A program made the position numbers and the translations under genes. From positions 8,362 through 72,361 of the forward strand of contig JACNJF010000142.1 in assembly GCA_014382695.1 (NCBI GenBank): a stretch of DNA of 64,000 nucleotides, written 5' to 3'. Numbering within the stretch: the stretch's first letter is position 1; each line of letters begins with the position of its first letter. The DNA comes from Gammaproteobacteria bacterium. GTDB taxonomy: Bacteria > Pseudomonadota > Gammaproteobacteria > GCA-001735895. A model generated the notes under the pieces. It was not told the DNA's origin. It did not search any database and was given only the letters and a program-made list of their open reading frames with translations. Below, in pieces: positions 1-10,645 of the stretch.

Positions 1-353
1 GTTTCAAACATTAATGGAACGACGACGAGGGCATAATCGGCAGGTTTAGACTGGCTGATTTGCAGTTCGGTCCGGGCGCGGATCAACGGGTGTAATAGAT
101 ACTCTAACCAGGTTTTTTGTGCTGCCTGGGTGAATATAATCTGCCTCAGCATTGCGCGATTGATAGCGCCGTCCGGGTTCAGGATTTCAGCGCCAAAGTG
201 CTCTACTGTTTTCAGATAGGCTTCCTGTCCCTTTTGCATCAGTTGATGACTGATGAGATCGGTGTCGATGACTGGGATATTCAGCGCAGAAAAAAGCTGG
301 CTGATGGTTGATTTTCCGGATGCGATTCCACCGGTGAGCCCAACCCGAAACAT
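1..353 (-). CDS. coaE: dephospho-CoA kinase (partial; N-terminus in window, C-terminus beyond position 1)
   Basis: Reverse-complement translation from the ATG at 351-353 reads MFRVGLTGGIASGKST... (P-loop) and continues ...LMQKGQEAYLKTVEHFGAEILNPDGAINRAMLRQIIF. Conserved pilBCD-coaE arrangement. Confidence 0.85.
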   Translation of the reverse strand, partial: MFRVGLTGGIASGKSTISQLFSALNIPVIDTDLISHQLMQKGQEAYLKTVEHFGAEILNPDGAINRAMLRQIIFTQAAQKTWLEYLLHPLIRARTELQISQSKPADYALVVVPLMFE

Positions 354-1223
354 TTATAAAAACGAAAAATAAAACTTATTCAGTTGTTCGCCATACAGCA
401 GGCTTAACCAGCCCGCAGCCGCCAGATAAGGACCAAAGGGTATCTGCGTGGCACGTGATGTTTTTTTAAGCAGTATCATGCTAATGCCAATTGTGGCGCC
501 GACCAGGGAAGACGTCAGGATGATGACAAACAGTATCTCCCAGCCCATCCAGGCACCCAGCATCGCCAGTAGCTTAAAGTCGCCATGTCCCATGCCTTCC
601 TTGCCCGTGATAAGTTTGAACGTAATATAAACCGACCAAAGACTCAGGTATCCCGCCATGGCCCCAATGACACTGGTTTCGAGATCAATAAAAACAGAAA
701 AATAACCGAGTAAAATGCCGAGCCATAGCAGTGGCAGGGTAATGCTGTCGGGTAGTAATTTATGCGTGATGTCGATACCACTGGCCGCTATCAGGCTCCA
801 GCTCAGGATCAGGGCAAACAAAGCCTGCAGGCTGACACCAAAGTTCAAGGCGATAATGACGGAGACGATTCCTGTGAAGAGTTCGACTAGTGGATACTGT
901 ATTGAGATATGCGTTTTGCAGGATGAACAGCGGCCTTTGAGTAACAGGTAACTGATCAGCGGGATATTCTCAAGGGCGGTTATCTGATGTCCACACTGAC
1001 CACAGCGGGAACGTGGAAGCATCAGGTTTAGTTTTTCCGGTTCTTCATCCGCAGGCAGTTCCAGAAATTCGCGGCAGTCACTACGCCACTCGCGTTGCAT
1101 CATCAGTGGAAGTCGATAAATGACGACATTCAGAAAGCTACCGACCAGTAAGCCGATAACCAGAATAAACAGATAATAGGCCCATGGGGACTGTTCAAAG
1201 ATAGTAATAGTATGAGCGAGCAC
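354..1223 (-). CDS. pilD: prepilin peptidase / N-methyltransferase (type IV)
   Basis: 289 aa polytopic membrane protein with zinc-binding CGQCGH...CSSCK tetracysteine. Sits directly downstream of pilC; stop abuts the coaE start. Confidence 0.9.
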   Translation of the reverse strand: MLAHTITIFEQSPWAYYLFILVIGLLVGSFLNVVIYRLPLMMQREWRSDCREFLELPADEEPEKLNLMLPRSRCGQCGHQITALENIPLISYLLLKGRCSSCKTHISIQYPLVELFTGIVSVIIALNFGVSLQALFALILSWSLIAASGIDITHKLLPDSITLPLLWLGILLGYFSVFIDLETSVIGAMAGYLSLWSVYITFKLITGKEGMGHGDFKLLAMLGAWMGWEILFVIILTSSLVGATIGISMILLKKTSRATQIPFGPYLAAAGWLSLLYGEQLNKFYFSFL

Positions 1224-1288
1224 GATCAGCCGGTTAAAGGTTAAGTCTGTTTCTGTTCAGGGACACAAAATGTGAGGATCTACAAGTC

Positions 1289-2509
1289 TTATCCAACAAC
1301 ATTACCAAGCATAAAGATTGGCAGATACATGGAAACGATGAGACCACCAACGAGTACACCGAGAACGGCCATGATCATTGGTTCCATTAAAGAAGTTAAG
1401 CTGTCTACCAGGTTGTCCACTTCGGCCTCATAAAAATCAGCCACTTTACTCAGCATAAAGTCGAGTGAACCGGCTTCTTCACCGATAGAAACCATTTGAA
1501 TGGCCATGTTTGGGAATAACCCGGTCGCGCGCATTGAAGTTGTTAATTGCGTACCGGACGATATATCTTCCTTGATCACACGACAGGCCTGCTCATACAC
1601 TATATTGCCGGTGGCACCGGCAACAGAGTCCATCGCCTCTACCAGGGGTACACCTGCCACCGACATGGTTTCGAGTGTTCTTGAGTATCTTGCTATCGAC
1701 GATTTGGTGGTGATTTCACCAATGATAGGAAGTTTAAGAGAGATCTGATCGACCCGTTTTCTAAATTCGGCAGAGGTGGAATGCAGACGTTTTAAAAACC
1801 ATATGCTGACACCTATCGCTAGTACAAATGCCCACCAGTAGGCTTGCATAAACTCGGACAGGGCAATGACGAAAAGTGTCATGGCGGGTAGCTCGGCACC
1901 AAAGCTGGAAAATACTTCCTTGAATTGAGGCACCACAAAGATCAGCAGGATAGCGGTGACAATAAATGCGATCACTAGCACTGCAATGGGGTAAGTCATG
2001 GCTTTCTTGACTTTTGCTTTCATCGCCTCGGTCTTTTCCTTGTAAGTCGCGAGCTTATCCAGCATGGTTTCCAGTGCACCAGACTGCTCACCGGCATTCA
2101 CCAGATTGACGAATAGCTTATCAAAGTGCAATGGATATTTATGCAGCGCATCGGCAAATGTGGATCCTCCTTCAACCGTGGCTTTAATGTCCATAATCAT
2201 TTTTTGCATGGCCAGGTTTTCATGTCCGAGTCCGATAATGTCAAAGGACTGTACGAGAGGGACACCAGATTTCATCATGGTTGACATCTGGCGGCTGAAA
2301 ATAGCTATATCTGCAGGAAGTATTTTTGTTTTTCCGCCAAACAGGGGTTGCGCTTTCTTTTTAACACGCAGTGGATTAATGCCCTGTTTTCTTAAATCAC
2401 TCTTGGCGGCGGTATCGCTGATTGCGAAAAGCTCACCCTTGAGTTTTTTCCCTTTACGGTCGGTACCTTCATAGGTAAATTCAATTTTTTCAGCAGGTTT
2501 TTTAGCCAT
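1289..2509 (-). CDS. pilC: type IV pilus assembly platform protein (GspF family)
   Basis: 406 aa with duplicated GspF-type domains and 3 TM segments. Lies between pilB and pilD. Confidence 0.9.
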   Translation of the reverse strand: MAKKPAEKIEFTYEGTDRKGKKLKGELFAISDTAAKSDLRKQGINPLRVKKKAQPLFGGKTKILPADIAIFSRQMSTMMKSGVPLVQSFDIIGLGHENLAMQKMIMDIKATVEGGSTFADALHKYPLHFDKLFVNLVNAGEQSGALETMLDKLATYKEKTEAMKAKVKKAMTYPIAVLVIAFIVTAILLIFVVPQFKEVFSSFGAELPAMTLFVIALSEFMQAYWWAFVLAIGVSIWFLKRLHSTSAEFRKRVDQISLKLPIIGEITTKSSIARYSRTLETMSVAGVPLVEAMDSVAGATGNIVYEQACRVIKEDISSGTQLTTSMRATGLFPNMAIQMVSIGEEAGSLDFMLSKVADFYEAEVDNLVDSLTSLMEPMIMAVLGVLVGGLIVSMYLPIFMLGNVVG

Positions 2510-2526
2510 AATTTAATCCAGAAAGT

Positions 2527-4248
2527 TTAATCCTTTGTCACTCGGTTCGCTTCTTCCAGGCTGATAACGCCCTGCTTTATCTTTTTCAAAGCTGAGCGGC
2601 GCAGATCATCGATGCCTTCTTTGCGGGCCTGATCGGCCAGGTCAATCGAGTTTGCACCCGTCATGATCATCCGTGTCATTTCATCCGAAATGGTCATCAC
2701 CTGATAGATACCGACTCGACCCTTGTAGCCACCGGTGCACTGATCGCAGCCTACTGCTTTATAGATGGTGAGATTCTCGGCCAGGTCTTCCTCGGTAAAG
2801 CCTTCCTCTATTAATACTTCTCTGGGCAAGTCATCGACGGCTTTACAGTTCTTGCACAGTCTACGTCCGAGACGCTGGGCAATGATCAGCGATACAGAGG
2901 TGGCTATGTTAAAGGGTGGAACACCCATATTCATCAAACGGGTCAGGGTTTGAGGTGCATCATTGGTGTGCAGGGTGGAGAGTACCAGATGGCCGGTCTG
3001 AGCCGCTTTTATCGCGATTTCTGCCGTTTCAAGGTCACGAATCTCACCCACCATAACAATGTCGGGATCCTGACGCAGGAAAGCTCTTAACGCTTCCGCA
3101 AAGGTTAGTCCGACTTTGACATTTACATTGACCTGATTAATGCCTTCGAGGTTGATTTCTACCGGATCTTCCGCCGTTGATATATTCGTTTCCGGTACAT
3201 TCAGAATATTCAGGCCGGTATATAAAGATACGGTTTTACCACTTCCGGTTGGACCTGTGACCAGGATCATACCGTAGGGATTGGCCAGGGCTTTCATATA
3301 TTGCGCTTTTTGCTCAGGCTCATAGCCCAGGGCATCTATCCCCAGTTTAGCGCTGGATGAGTCCAGTATACGTAATACAATTTTTTCACCGAACAGGGTG
3401 GGGCAGGTGTTCACCCGGAAATCAATGGCACGTTTTTTTGACAGATTTAATTTGATGCGTCCATCCTGCGGTACGCGTCGTTCCGCTATATCCATGCGCG
3501 ACATGACTTTTACCCGGGCCGTCAGTTTACCCGCGATATTAATCGGAGGGGACGCTACCTCTCCCAGAATACCGTCGATTCGATATCGAATACGGTAACG
3601 TTTTTCATAGGGTTCAAAATGAATGTCCGATGCGCCCTTATTGATTGCATCGACCAGAATTTTATTCACAAACTTAACCACAGGGGCATCGTTGGCATCG
3701 CTTTGGGTAGGAGTATCTTTATCATCCTCTTCACCCGCCTCGATATCCAGGTTTTCGAGATCATCATCCAGCAGCATGTCACCCATATCTGTATCCATAG
3801 CGGATACAGCTTTGGTCAGAAGCTCTTCCAGCTGATCTTCCTGAACCAGCACAGCCTCTGTCAGCAGGCCGGTATTGAACTTGAATTCATCCAGTGCCTG
3901 CATATTGGTCGGGTTAGAGATCGCGACAAATAGCCGGTTACCGCGTTTAAACAGCGGTACGGCATAGTGTTTGGTGATCAGCTTTTCGCTGACCAGGGTG
4001 TGTACAGAATGCTCCATGTCCATTGCCTTAAGATCAAAAACCGGCAGGCCAAACTCTTCTGAAAACGCCATCGCTATCACGGATGGGGTTACGATCTTAT
4101 TTTTTATCAGATAGCGGTGCAGCGAAATCTTATCTTCATTCGCTTTGCTGATAGCTTTTGCAGCGACTTCTTCGGTGATGGCCTGGTCAGTGACCAGTCG
4201 ACGGGCGAGGCCAGTCAATGGAGATGTATTGGTTGTTGTCATAGTCAA
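2527..4248 (-). CDS. pilB: type IV pilus assembly ATPase (GspE family)
   Basis: 573 aa with Walker A GPTGSGKT, Asp/His boxes and C-terminal CxxC...CxxC zinc motif typical of GspE/PilB. Confidence 0.92.
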   Translation of the reverse strand: MTMTTTNTSPLTGLARRLVTDQAITEEVAAKAISKANEDKISLHRYLIKNKIVTPSVIAMAFSEEFGLPVFDLKAMDMEHSVHTLVSEKLITKHYAVPLFKRGNRLFVAISNPTNMQALDEFKFNTGLLTEAVLVQEDQLEELLTKAVSAMDTDMGDMLLDDDLENLDIEAGEEDDKDTPTQSDANDAPVVKFVNKILVDAINKGASDIHFEPYEKRYRIRYRIDGILGEVASPPINIAGKLTARVKVMSRMDIAERRVPQDGRIKLNLSKKRAIDFRVNTCPTLFGEKIVLRILDSSSAKLGIDALGYEPEQKAQYMKALANPYGMILVTGPTGSGKTVSLYTGLNILNVPETNISTAEDPVEINLEGINQVNVNVKVGLTFAEALRAFLRQDPDIVMVGEIRDLETAEIAIKAAQTGHLVLSTLHTNDAPQTLTRLMNMGVPPFNIATSVSLIIAQRLGRRLCKNCKAVDDLPREVLIEEGFTEEDLAENLTIYKAVGCDQCTGGYKGRVGIYQVMTISDEMTRMIMTGANSIDLADQARKEGIDDLRRSALKKIKQGVISLEEANRVTKD

Positions 4249-4462
4249 TAAAGTTGATTGTTTTTATCAGGTATCTTCTATAGATGCCTGAGTATATTAC
4301 AGTTTTCGAAATTTGTGGAACTTGTCATCATTAATTTATTATTCGGTGTGTCGAGTACCGGTTTAAGTGACGGACTCAATATTAAATTTTTAGTGAAACC
4401 TTTTGAAGTGACTAATTAACTATTAACAATTATCTGGAGTTAGTTATCAATTGAGCGGACAT

Positions 4463-4492
4463 AAAAAAGGGTAGCCAGTGGCTACCCTTTTA
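4463..4492. terminator. bidirectional rho-independent terminator hairpin between pilA and pilB
   Basis: Perfect inverted repeat gggtagcc-agtg-gctaccc at 4469-4487, with an A-tract on one side and a T-tract on the other. Just downstream of the pilA stop. Confidence 0.6.
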
Positions 4493-4511
4493 GTTGCATG
4501 ATCAAGTGCTA

Positions 4512-4931
4512 TTAGCAGATCACTGATGTACCCGTCAAGCAAGTACCGCCTTTAACCCATGTTACCTTACCTGCAGCAAATGTAGGTGTCAGGGTGTAGG
4601 TTTCACCATTCAGACCTTGAGTGCTGATAGCGGTTGCTGTAATAACGCCGGCTGTAGTCGTAATGCTATTAATGAAGCCTGAAGCAGCAACGGCTGCGAT
4701 TGAGTAGCCTGGACCATTGATACCATCGGTACAGGTCGTTACAGCAGCCAGATCCTGCGCACAAATTTCAACCGCTGTTTTCAGGCCTGAAGTACCGATA
4801 ACAACTTCAGAGAACTTTGCACGTTTGGTGTAATCCTGATAAGCAGGCAGCGCCACAGCAGCCAGAATACCGATGATTGCAACTACGATCATTAATTCGA
4901 TTAATGTAAAACCAGATTGTTGTTTTTTCAT
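4512..4931 (-). CDS. pilA: type IVa major pilin
   Basis: [34 protein letters not shown]: a class III signal peptide with G-1/F+1/E+5, followed by a C-terminal disulfide loop (C...C) at the end of the 139-aa protein. Confidence 0.9.
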   Translation of the reverse strand: MKKQQSGFTLIELMIVVAIIGILAAVALPAYQDYTKRAKFSEVVIGTSGLKTAVEICAQDLAAVTTCTDGINGPGYSIAAVAASGFINSITTTAGVITATAISTQGLNGETYTLTPTFAAGKVTWVKGGTCLTGTSVIC

Positions 4932-5009
4932 GTTTAGTTCCTCGTTATAAATTAAGTGTTAGACCGAAGCCTGATTGAAGCGGTTAAGCCGTTTCATGCT
5001 GTTGACTTA

Positions 5010-5025
5010 TGCAGGGGCCGTGCCA
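5010..5025 (-). promoter_or_regulatory. candidate sigma-54 (-24/-12) promoter for pilA
   Basis: On the minus strand reads TGGCAC-GGCCC-CTGCA (GG-N10-GC spacing) about 80 nt upstream of the pilA ATG. pilA is classically RpoN/PilR dependent. Confidence 0.5.
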
Positions 5026-5124
5026 TAAATCGTAAAAAATAATATCTATAATTAATTCAAAGGCTTAGGTTTCATGGTGGTGCCTGGCAGGGATGATGAT
5101 GTGCTGCCGGAGGATGCCTGTTTA

Positions 5125-5180
5125 ACAATTTTGTCAAATCTTGACAATTGTGTCATATCCGGGTGCCTACTTTGTCAAAC
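5125..5180. promoter_or_regulatory. candidate PilR binding repeats (TGTC-containing tandem motifs) upstream of the sigma-54 promoter
   Basis: Three TTGTCAAA/GTGTCATA motifs 100-170 bp upstream of the -24/-12 element. They resemble the Pseudomonas PilR site (N4-6 C/G TGTC repeats). Confidence 0.3.
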
Positions 5181-6483
5181 CCAGCTTTTCACAGCGATAG
5201 CGGAGCTGACGTAAGGTAATACCCAGCTGTCTTGCGGCAGCGGATTGATTCCAGCGGTTCTGGTTGAGCGCTTTCTCCAGTTCATCGGCTTCCAGTTCGG
5301 TGGTTTTGTCGGTCAGGCTGGGTTCGTATTTTAATGGAGCGGGGTTTTGGGGGAGGTTCAGGTCCTGAGCAGTCAGTGTCGTATTATCAGAAAGAGCACA
5401 GGCTCTTTCCAGGATGTTTTCCAGTTCACGTACATTGCCGGGAAAGTGGTAGGTTTTCAGCATCGATATGGCATCAGGCGCAATCTGGAAAACGCCGGCA
5501 TTATCCTGCCCCAGTTTGTGCAGAATATGATTGGCCAGTAATTCAATATCTTCCGTACGCTCATTGAGCGAGGGTACGCGAATACCGATGACGTTGATGC
5601 GGTAGTACAGATCCTGGCGGAAATGACCGGACTCGACCAGTGCGGTCAGATTTTTATGTGAGGCACTGGTAATACGGACATCGATGCTAACTTCCTGTTG
5701 AGAGCCGACAGGGCGGATACTTTTTTCCTGTATCACGCGCAGTAACTTGACCTGCATCGCGAGTGGAAGGTCGGCGATTTCATCCAGAAACAGAGTGCCA
5801 CCTTCGGCGGCTCTGAACAGGCCGGGGTTATCGCTAATCGCTCCGGTAAAGCTACCCTTGATATGGCCGAACAGTTCACTTTCCATCAGTTCTGAAGGAA
5901 TCGCGCCGCAGTTAACGGCGACAAAGGGAGCGTTTGCTCGAGCGCTCTGTGCGTGTATCTGGCGCGCAACCAGCTCTTTTCCGGTGCCTGAAGCGCCCTC
6001 GATAAAGACCGGTGCCTGGCTTCGGGCGAATTTCTTGATGGTATCGCGCAGGCTGACGATCTGTTTTGACTGACCGATGATTTGGTAACGTGCCTGTTGT
6101 CCGCTCTGGCTGGCGACCGGTACCTGCAGGCCTTTTTCGATCAGTTTGCGGAGTTTATCGAGTGATACCGGTTTGGATACAAAATCATAAGCACCGGCTT
6201 TCATGGCTTTGATCGCAAGCTCCATATTGCCGTGAGCGGTGATCACGGCGACTGGCATGTCGGCCGCCTGCTTCTGTATGTACTTAACCAGCGAGATACC
6301 ATCGCCATCCGGTAATTTCATGTCGGTGAGACAGAAATCAAAGGTGCGTGATTGTAAAAGACGGGTGGCCGAGGTGTAATCTTCGGCGCATTCCACTTCC
6401 AGGCCCATTCGCATCAGGGTGATCTCCAGTAATTCGCGAATATCGGGTTCATCATCCACTACTAAAACCGATTGTGTGTTCAT
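5167..6483 (-). CDS. pilR: sigma-54-dependent response regulator PilR (NtrC family)
   Basis: REC domain (VLVVDDEPDIRELL...D), AAA+ sigma-54 activator core (GESGTGKE-like GASGTGKELVA, GAFTGA motif) and C-terminal HTH. Start placed at MNTQSV (6483) rather than the longer ORF start at 6534. Confidence 0.9.
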   Translation of the reverse strand: MNTQSVLVVDDEPDIRELLEITLMRMGLEVECAEDYTSATRLLQSRTFDFCLTDMKLPDGDGISLVKYIQKQAADMPVAVITAHGNMELAIKAMKAGAYDFVSKPVSLDKLRKLIEKGLQVPVASQSGQQARYQIIGQSKQIVSLRDTIKKFARSQAPVFIEGASGTGKELVARQIHAQSARANAPFVAVNCGAIPSELMESELFGHIKGSFTGAISDNPGLFRAAEGGTLFLDEIADLPLAMQVKLLRVIQEKSIRPVGSQQEVSIDVRITSASHKNLTALVESGHFRQDLYYRINVIGIRVPSLNERTEDIELLANHILHKLGQDNAGVFQIAPDAISMLKTYHFPGNVRELENILERACALSDNTTLTAQDLNLPQNPAPLKYEPSLTDKTTELEADELEKALNQNRWNQSAAARQLGITLRQLRYRCEKLGLTK

Positions 6484-6487
6484 GTTT

Positions 6488-8089
6488 TCACTGTTTGTAG
6501 TTAGGTGTACACAGAATGAAACTGGCACCACCAAATTGATTGGACTCTACTCTGATTTTGCTGTCATTAAGTTCGCATAATTGACTAACGATATACAGGC
6601 CAAGTCCGGAACCTTTATGGCTGGTGGTATAAAAAGGCTCGAATATTTTGTCCAGCTCCTGCGTCTCTATCCCTGAACCCTGATCGGCTACTTCGATACA
6701 GATGGAATGATCCTGAGTCGGATAGATTTTAATATACACGGGTAAATCCGCATTGCCATGAATTTTTGCATTATTACAAAGGTTTGTCAGTACCCTCTCC
6801 AGATGGCCCTTATCAAACTCGATAAATAGTTTCTCGGGTTCCAGCTGTAATAGAAAGTCCTTTTTGCTGGCTTTACCGCTCAGGCAGAACGACTCCAGGA
6901 ATTGGCTGATCCAGCTATTCAGTTCGATATGATTACGTTCGGTTACCTTTCCGCGTGAGATCTGCAGGATGTCTTCGATAATGTTATTGATTCTGCTGGA
7001 GTGCTGTTGAATGATTTGATTCAGGCGCTGGTCGGTTTTTGGCAGCTCCTTGTTCTCTGCCAGTAGCTCGGCGGCATGCGAAATGGCGGCCAGTGGGTTT
7101 CTGATTTCATGCGCAATATTAGCGGTCAGTTTGCCCAGTGAAGCTAGCTTGGCCTGTTGCATCTTGTGCTTGATCTGAGAAATGTCGTCGAGGAAAATCA
7201 GAGTGCCCTGATGCGCTGCGGAGTGCAGGTCATGAAAGCTGATCTGGATGTCGTTATAGCCTTTATCATAGGTGAGTAGACTGATCGATAACTCGGGTGA
7301 GGATTTCCAGTCCAGCAGAGCATTATAGATGGCCGGGAATACTGCCTGCAGCGAGAAGGGTACATTCAGACCGATGTAGTAACTGTTAAAACGTTTTAAC
7401 AGCATGTTTTTGGCCGTGTCATTGATGTGTCTGACCTGATCCGCACTATCCAGTGCAATAACGCCGGATTGCATGTTTTGCAGAATCTCGGAATTGAGCG
7501 CGGAAAGATTCGCGACATCCAGTTTCTGGCGCTGGATCAGATCTTCGCTACGACGAATATTTCGGGTCAGGGACTGGGTGACCAGAGCGGTTGCAAATAG
7601 AGCGGCCCCGAGTAGACCAACCTGAGTTGAGTTGCCGCTGTAATAGGTCAGTTTCACGGAGTAAATATATTCGCTCAGTAATCCGACCGAAGCGAGCGAG
7701 GCAAAAACCGTGGCCAGTGAATCCCGTCCCAGCAGGCCGGTGACCGCAATTGCGACGATCAGTAGCATACCGAGGCCACTGCTGATGCCTCCACAGGCGT
7801 GCATCAACAGAATAATGGCGATGATGTCGATATAGATCTGGATCGAGATCTGGTGCTGAAAGTTGCGCCGGTCTATCCACGATGAGAGCATCAGCAGCAG
7901 GGCCAGTATTAGATACCCAAAGCTGCTCCAGGCGTACAGTGTCAGGTTGTAGATGGTGACTAACGGGGACACGGGTAAAAAGCTCTGGCTGAAAAACAGG
8001 GCCGCAAAGCTAACGCGAAATATATTGATTAAACGTAGTGAGGTCCAGTTACTGGAGCGTGGCAGGTAGCCGAAACTAGGGGTGCTCAT
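6488..8089 (-). CDS. pilS: sensor histidine kinase PilS
   Basis: 533 aa with N-terminal multi-TM domain, HisKA H-box (ANIAHEIRNPL) and HATPase_c (GSGLGL). Immediately upstream of pilR with a 4-nt gap. Confidence 0.85.
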   Translation of the reverse strand: MSTPSFGYLPRSSNWTSLRLINIFRVSFAALFFSQSFLPVSPLVTIYNLTLYAWSSFGYLILALLLMLSSWIDRRNFQHQISIQIYIDIIAIILLMHACGGISSGLGMLLIVAIAVTGLLGRDSLATVFASLASVGLLSEYIYSVKLTYYSGNSTQVGLLGAALFATALVTQSLTRNIRRSEDLIQRQKLDVANLSALNSEILQNMQSGVIALDSADQVRHINDTAKNMLLKRFNSYYIGLNVPFSLQAVFPAIYNALLDWKSSPELSISLLTYDKGYNDIQISFHDLHSAAHQGTLIFLDDISQIKHKMQQAKLASLGKLTANIAHEIRNPLAAISHAAELLAENKELPKTDQRLNQIIQQHSSRINNIIEDILQISRGKVTERNHIELNSWISQFLESFCLSGKASKKDFLLQLEPEKLFIEFDKGHLERVLTNLCNNAKIHGNADLPVYIKIYPTQDHSICIEVADQGSGIETQELDKIFEPFYTTSHKGSGLGLYIVSQLCELNDSKIRVESNQFGGASFILCTPNYKQ

Positions 8090-8104
8090 TAGTTGTCATC
8101 AAAA

Positions 8105-8344
8105 TCACTTTTCGTCGAGATCGGTCTGGTACTGATCGGCATGTTCCTGGCTGCAGTAAAAGCGATCGTCCTTTTTTACGCCCAGTGAACGTGGAACATG
8201 AGTGCCACATAGTTTACAGGGGATGATATCTTCCGACTCATCCGGAATCTGCTGAGTACTCGACGATGTGCCCAGGAATTGTTTTTTGATGATCCAGAAT
8301 AAAAACCAGATGATGAGAAATAAGAGTAATAAGCGAAAAATCAT
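8105..8344 (-). CDS. small membrane-anchored Cys/His (zinc-ribbon-like) protein, possibly PP0621-family
   Basis: 79 aa with an N-terminal Trp-rich TM helix, then CKLCGTHVP...FYCSQEH. Family assignment is from memory only. Confidence 0.45.
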   Translation of the reverse strand: MIFRLLLLFLIIWFLFWIIKKQFLGTSSSTQQIPDESEDIIPCKLCGTHVPRSLGVKKDDRFYCSQEHADQYQTDLDEK

Positions 8345-8460
8345 ATGGTCATAAGAAAAAATTATTGGTTGTAAAAGACAGTCTCGCTAGTCTAACGTCA
8401 ATAGTCTATGATTATTTTCCTGTCACCACAATAAACCATCAATCACAAGCTGGAATCATT

Positions 8461-9630
8461 ATGAATTTACATGAACATCAATCAAAAGAGCTCTTTCGTC
8501 AGTTCAATATCCCGGTTCCAGCCGGCGATGCGGCGTTTGATGCTGAGCAGGCGTTAGCCGTTGCACGTGGGTTAGGCGGCAGTCGCTGGATCGTAAAAGC
8601 CCAGGTACACGCGGGCGGTCGAGGTAAGGCCGGTGGTGTGAAAATTGTTAACAGTGAAGCAGAGCTGAGCACCGTCGTTAAGGGCTATCTGGGCAAATCT
8701 CTGGTTACGCATCAGACCGATAGTGCGGGTCTACCCATCAGTCGGGTGCTGGTTGAATCCCTTTCCGAGATAGAACGAGAGATTTATCTGGGGGCATTGA
8801 TCGACCGGGCGAGTAAACGCATCGTGTTCATGGCCTCTGCAGAAGGCGGCATGGATATCGAAGAAGTGGCTGCTAATCAGCCCGAAAAAATCTTAAAGGT
8901 GATGATCGACCCGGTTGCCGGGTTACAGCCTTTCCAGACCCGGCAGATTGGGTTTGGACTGGGTTTGACGGGTGATCAGATCAAACAGCTGGGATCGATT
9001 ATGAACAGCCTGTATCAGATCTTTACCCAGCATGATGTCAGTCTGATTGAGATAAACCCGCTGATCGTGACCAAACAGGGCAAGCTGATGGCCCTCGATG
9101 CGAAGGTCGGTATCGACGATAATGCGCTTTACCGTCAGAAAGCCCTGCTCGAATTGCGTGATAAAACGCAGGAAAACCAGCGCGAGCTGGAAGCGGATGA
9201 GCATGGACTGAATTACGTCTCTCTGGATGGCAATATTGGCTGTATGGTGAATGGTGCCGGGCTGGCCATGGCGACCATGGATGAAATCAAACTCCAGGGC
9301 GGTGATCCGGCTAACTTCCTCGATGTGGGGGGTGGTACCACCGCAGAAAAAGTGGCAGAAGCTTTCAAGCTGATTCTGTCGGATGAAAAGGTAAAAGCCA
9401 TCCTGGTGAATATATTCGGTGGCATTGTGCGCTGTGATCTGATCGCCGATGGCATCATCCGCGCGGTCAAAGAAGTGGGGGTGAGTATTCCGGTCATCGT
9501 ACGTCTGGAAGGTACCAATGTGGATCAGGGCAAGGCCTTGCTGGCCGCCAGTGACGTTAAAATTATTTCTGCCGATGACCTGGAAGATGGCGCTAAAAAG
9601 GCGGTTGCATCGATTGGAGGTAAGGCATGA
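8461..9630 (+). CDS. sucC: succinyl-CoA synthetase beta subunit
   Basis: [20 protein letters not shown] matches the SucC N-terminus; ATP-grasp fold; overlaps sucD by ATGA. Start trimmed from the ORF-track start at 8365. Confidence 0.95.
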   Translation: MNLHEHQSKELFRQFNIPVPAGDAAFDAEQALAVARGLGGSRWIVKAQVHAGGRGKAGGVKIVNSEAELSTVVKGYLGKSLVTHQTDSAGLPISRVLVESLSEIEREIYLGALIDRASKRIVFMASAEGGMDIEEVAANQPEKILKVMIDPVAGLQPFQTRQIGFGLGLTGDQIKQLGSIMNSLYQIFTQHDVSLIEINPLIVTKQGKLMALDAKVGIDDNALYRQKALLELRDKTQENQRELEADEHGLNYVSLDGNIGCMVNGAGLAMATMDEIKLQGGDPANFLDVGGGTTAEKVAEAFKLILSDEKVKAILVNIFGGIVRCDLIADGIIRAVKEVGVSIPVIVRLEGTNVDQGKALLAASDVKIISADDLEDGAKKAVASIGGKA

Positions 9631-10496
9631 GTATTTTAATCAATAAAGAGACGCGCGTAATCTGTCAGGGTTTTACCGGCAAACAGGGTAGCTTTCATAC
9701 CGAACAGGCGATTGCCTACGGAACCCGCATGGTGGGTGGTGTGACGCCCGGCAAAGGCGGACAGACTCATCTTGAGCTGCCGGTGTTCAATACGGTTGCG
9801 GATGCGGTGAAACAAACCGGTGCCGATGCCACCATGATCTATGTACCGGCACCTTTCTGTGCGGATGCGATACTGGAAGCCGCCGATGCCGGTATCAAGG
9901 TCATCGTCTGTATCACCGAGCACATTCCAGTGCAGGATATGTTGAGGGTTAAGGCGGCACTGGAGCATTCCGGCAGCTATCTGATTGGGCCCAACTGTCC
10001 CGGTATCATCACATCCGGCGAGTGTAAAATCGGCATCATGCCTGGCGCGATTCATAAGAAAGGGCGTATCGGTATTATCTCACGCTCCGGCACACTGACC
10101 TATGAAGCGGTGCATCAGACCACCCAGAACGGCCTCGGTCAGACCACCTGTATCGGCATCGGTGGCGACCCGATTCATGGCATGAACTTTATCGACTGTC
10201 TGGAACTGTTTGAGCAGGACCCGGAAACAGAAGGTGTGGTGATGGTGGGTGAAATCGGTGGTACTGCGGAAGAGCAGGCTGCTGAATACATCAGGGATCA
10301 TTTCTCCAAACCGGTGGTCTCTTATATCGCGGGGGTCACGGCACCTGCCGGTAAGCGTATGGGGCATGCGGGCGCAATCATTGCTGGCGGCAAAGGGACT
10401 GCTGATGAAAAATTCGCAGCTTTACAGGCCGCCGGAGTGGCAACTGTAGACTCTCCTTCCAAAATAGGTAGGAAAATGAAGCAGTTATTGTCTTAA
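9627..10496 (+). CDS. sucD: succinyl-CoA synthetase alpha subunit
   Basis: [24 protein letters not shown]..., the CoA-binding domain and the phosphohistidine loop (GHAGAII). Confidence 0.95.
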   Translation: MSILINKETRVICQGFTGKQGSFHTEQAIAYGTRMVGGVTPGKGGQTHLELPVFNTVADAVKQTGADATMIYVPAPFCADAILEAADAGIKVIVCITEHIPVQDMLRVKAALEHSGSYLIGPNCPGIITSGECKIGIMPGAIHKKGRIGIISRSGTLTYEAVHQTTQNGLGQTTCIGIGGDPIHGMNFIDCLELFEQDPETEGVVMVGEIGGTAEEQAAEYIRDHFSKPVVSYIAGVTAPAGKRMGHAGAIIAGGKGTADEKFAALQAAGVATVDSPSKIGRKMKQLLS

Positions 10497-10645
10497 TATC
10501 AAAAAAAAACTACGAAAAATTTATCTTTATCCAGGCGGCTGATGGTTTTCCACAATGAATTCCATCAGTTGCTTGCTGTTAAGCGTAAACCTGCCTATAC
10601 TTCCTGCCGTTTTTTCAATCCTTAGGGTTTACAGGAGATCTCTGA

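Noticed and set aside
117-311. 64-aa plus-strand ORF
   Set aside because: It lies entirely antisense within coaE, which has clear P-loop homology on the minus strand.
5167-6534. Longer pilR ORF starting at MVVPVSFCVHL
   Set aside because: The REC domain begins at MNTQSVLVVDDE. The extended start would overlap pilS by 47 nt, so the start at 6483 is preferred.
8365-8460. N-terminal 32-aa extension of sucC in the ORF track
   Set aside because: SucC homologues start MNLHE(Y/H)Q. The extension has no support.
10520-10560. Inverted repeat ctgatgg...ccatcag between sucD and dksA
   Set aside because: It is a 7-bp stem with a 16-nt loop and no T-run. It may be a weak structure or operator but is too weak to call.
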